The notes beneath the pieces were generated by a model. The model was not told the DNA's origin and searched no databases. It was given only the letters and a program-made list of their open reading frames with translations. Of a DNA stretch of 64,000 bases, positions 63,590 through 64,000 are shown piece after piece; the stretch's first letter is position 1, and every line of letters begins with the position of its first letter. The position numbers were made by a program, and so were the translations under genes. This DNA is from Mycobacteriales bacterium (GTDB lineage: Bacteria > Actinomycetota > Actinomycetes > JAFAQI01), in the NCBI GenBank assembly GCA_035695245.1, contig DASSEQ010000054.1, forward strand, positions 731 through 64,730, read 5' to 3'.

Positions 63590-64000
63590 CCCAGCCTCAT
63601 GGAGGTCGGTTCGACACGGACCAGCTGCTCGACACTGCACAGATCATCGTCTGTTGCGGCGCGGGCGGCGTCGGCAAGACGACGACGGCAGCCGCCCTCG
63701 GGCTGCGCGCCGCCGAGCGCGGTCGCCGGGTGTGCGTGCTGACGATCGATCCGGCCCGGCGGCTGGCGCAGTCGATGGGGCTCACCGAGCTCGACAACAC
63801 CCCGCGCTCGGTCAGCGGTGTCGACACCGCCGGCGGCGGCTCGCTCGACGCGATGATGCTCGACATGAAGCGCACGTTCGACGACATCGTCCTCGCGCAT
63901 GCGGACGGTCAACGTGCGCAGCAGATCCTGGCCAACCCGTTCTACGTCTCACTGTCGTCCAGCTTCGCCGGCACTCAGGAATACATGGCCATGGAAAAGC
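63586..64000 (+). CDS. ArsA/GET3-family ATPase (Rv3680-like), 3' end outside window
   Basis: Hand translation from GTG 63586 (GTGA overlap with the upstream stop): [54 protein letters not shown]... Open to the window end. Confidence 0.8.
   Translation, partial: MTQPHGGRFDTDQLLDTAQIIVCCGAGGVGKTTTAAALGLRAAERGRRVCVLTIDPARRLAQSMGLTELDNTPRSVSGVDTAGGGSLDAMMLDMKRTFDDIVLAHADGQRAQQILANPFYVSLSSSFAGTQEYMAMEK

Noticed and set aside
1-64000. Scan for CRISPR arrays, IS elements, long direct or inverted repeats, and rRNA
   Set aside because: None were recognised by eye. The only repeats seen are the 15-bp tandem duplication at 42101..42130, codon-level low-complexity repeats (topA Lys/Ala tail, T/S/G linker, FtsH tail) and short hairpins. 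A computational repeat search would be needed to exclude longer degenerate repeats.

Overview
Visibly GC-rich, densely coding actinobacterial chromosomal segment; third codon positions are almost all G/C. I saw no transposase, integrase, IS element, prophage or CRISPR array. Most long ORFs in the six-frame track are Arg/Ala/Pro-rich shadows of the real genes on the opposite strand or in another frame. From memory, the gene order matches the conserved actinobacterial core block known from M. tuberculosis (about Rv3605c to Rv3680) and the Streptomyces topA-bldG-crp-wblA region. In order the window holds: a MidA-type methyltransferase plus an orphan NuoD; an amidase / APH-like kinase / unknown cassette; the folate operon (folE-folP-NTF2-folB-folK-DUF3180); ftsH-hpt-tilS; a DUF2342 metalloprotease; dacB; ppa; an ECF sigma/anti-sigma pair; glpD; a Dpp/Opp-type peptide ABC transporter; tRNA-Thr(CGU); a lipoprotein alpha/beta hydrolase; ricT-holB-(MFS::tmk)-topA; a methyltransferase; membrane pyrophosphatase hppA; a BldG-like STAS / anti-sigma pair; a DECH-box helicase; a Tad/Flp-like pilus operon with a sortase and a surface protein appended; a 6C-family sRNA; a holin-X-like protein; hydrolases; marP-nudix-tlpA-nth; an RsiG-like protein; crp; a giant adenylate cyclase-ATPase-TPR protein coupled to MBL/NUDIX/RidA/DUF4177 genes; a WhiB-family regulator; and two ArsA-like ATPases. 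The leads I rate highest are: (1) the sortase plus FN3/Ig surface-protein module fused onto the helicase-associated Tad operon; (2) a small protein between nth and crp carrying the exact RsiG c-di-GMP-binding motif, next to a cAMP cyclase/CRP pair; (3) a MidA(NDUFAF7)-NuoD two-gene module whose NuoD has Trp at the quinone-binding Tyr position; (4) a 6C sRNA that the ORF track cannot show; (5) a methyltransferase with no canonical start codon. All homology statements come from motif recognition by eye, not from database searches.
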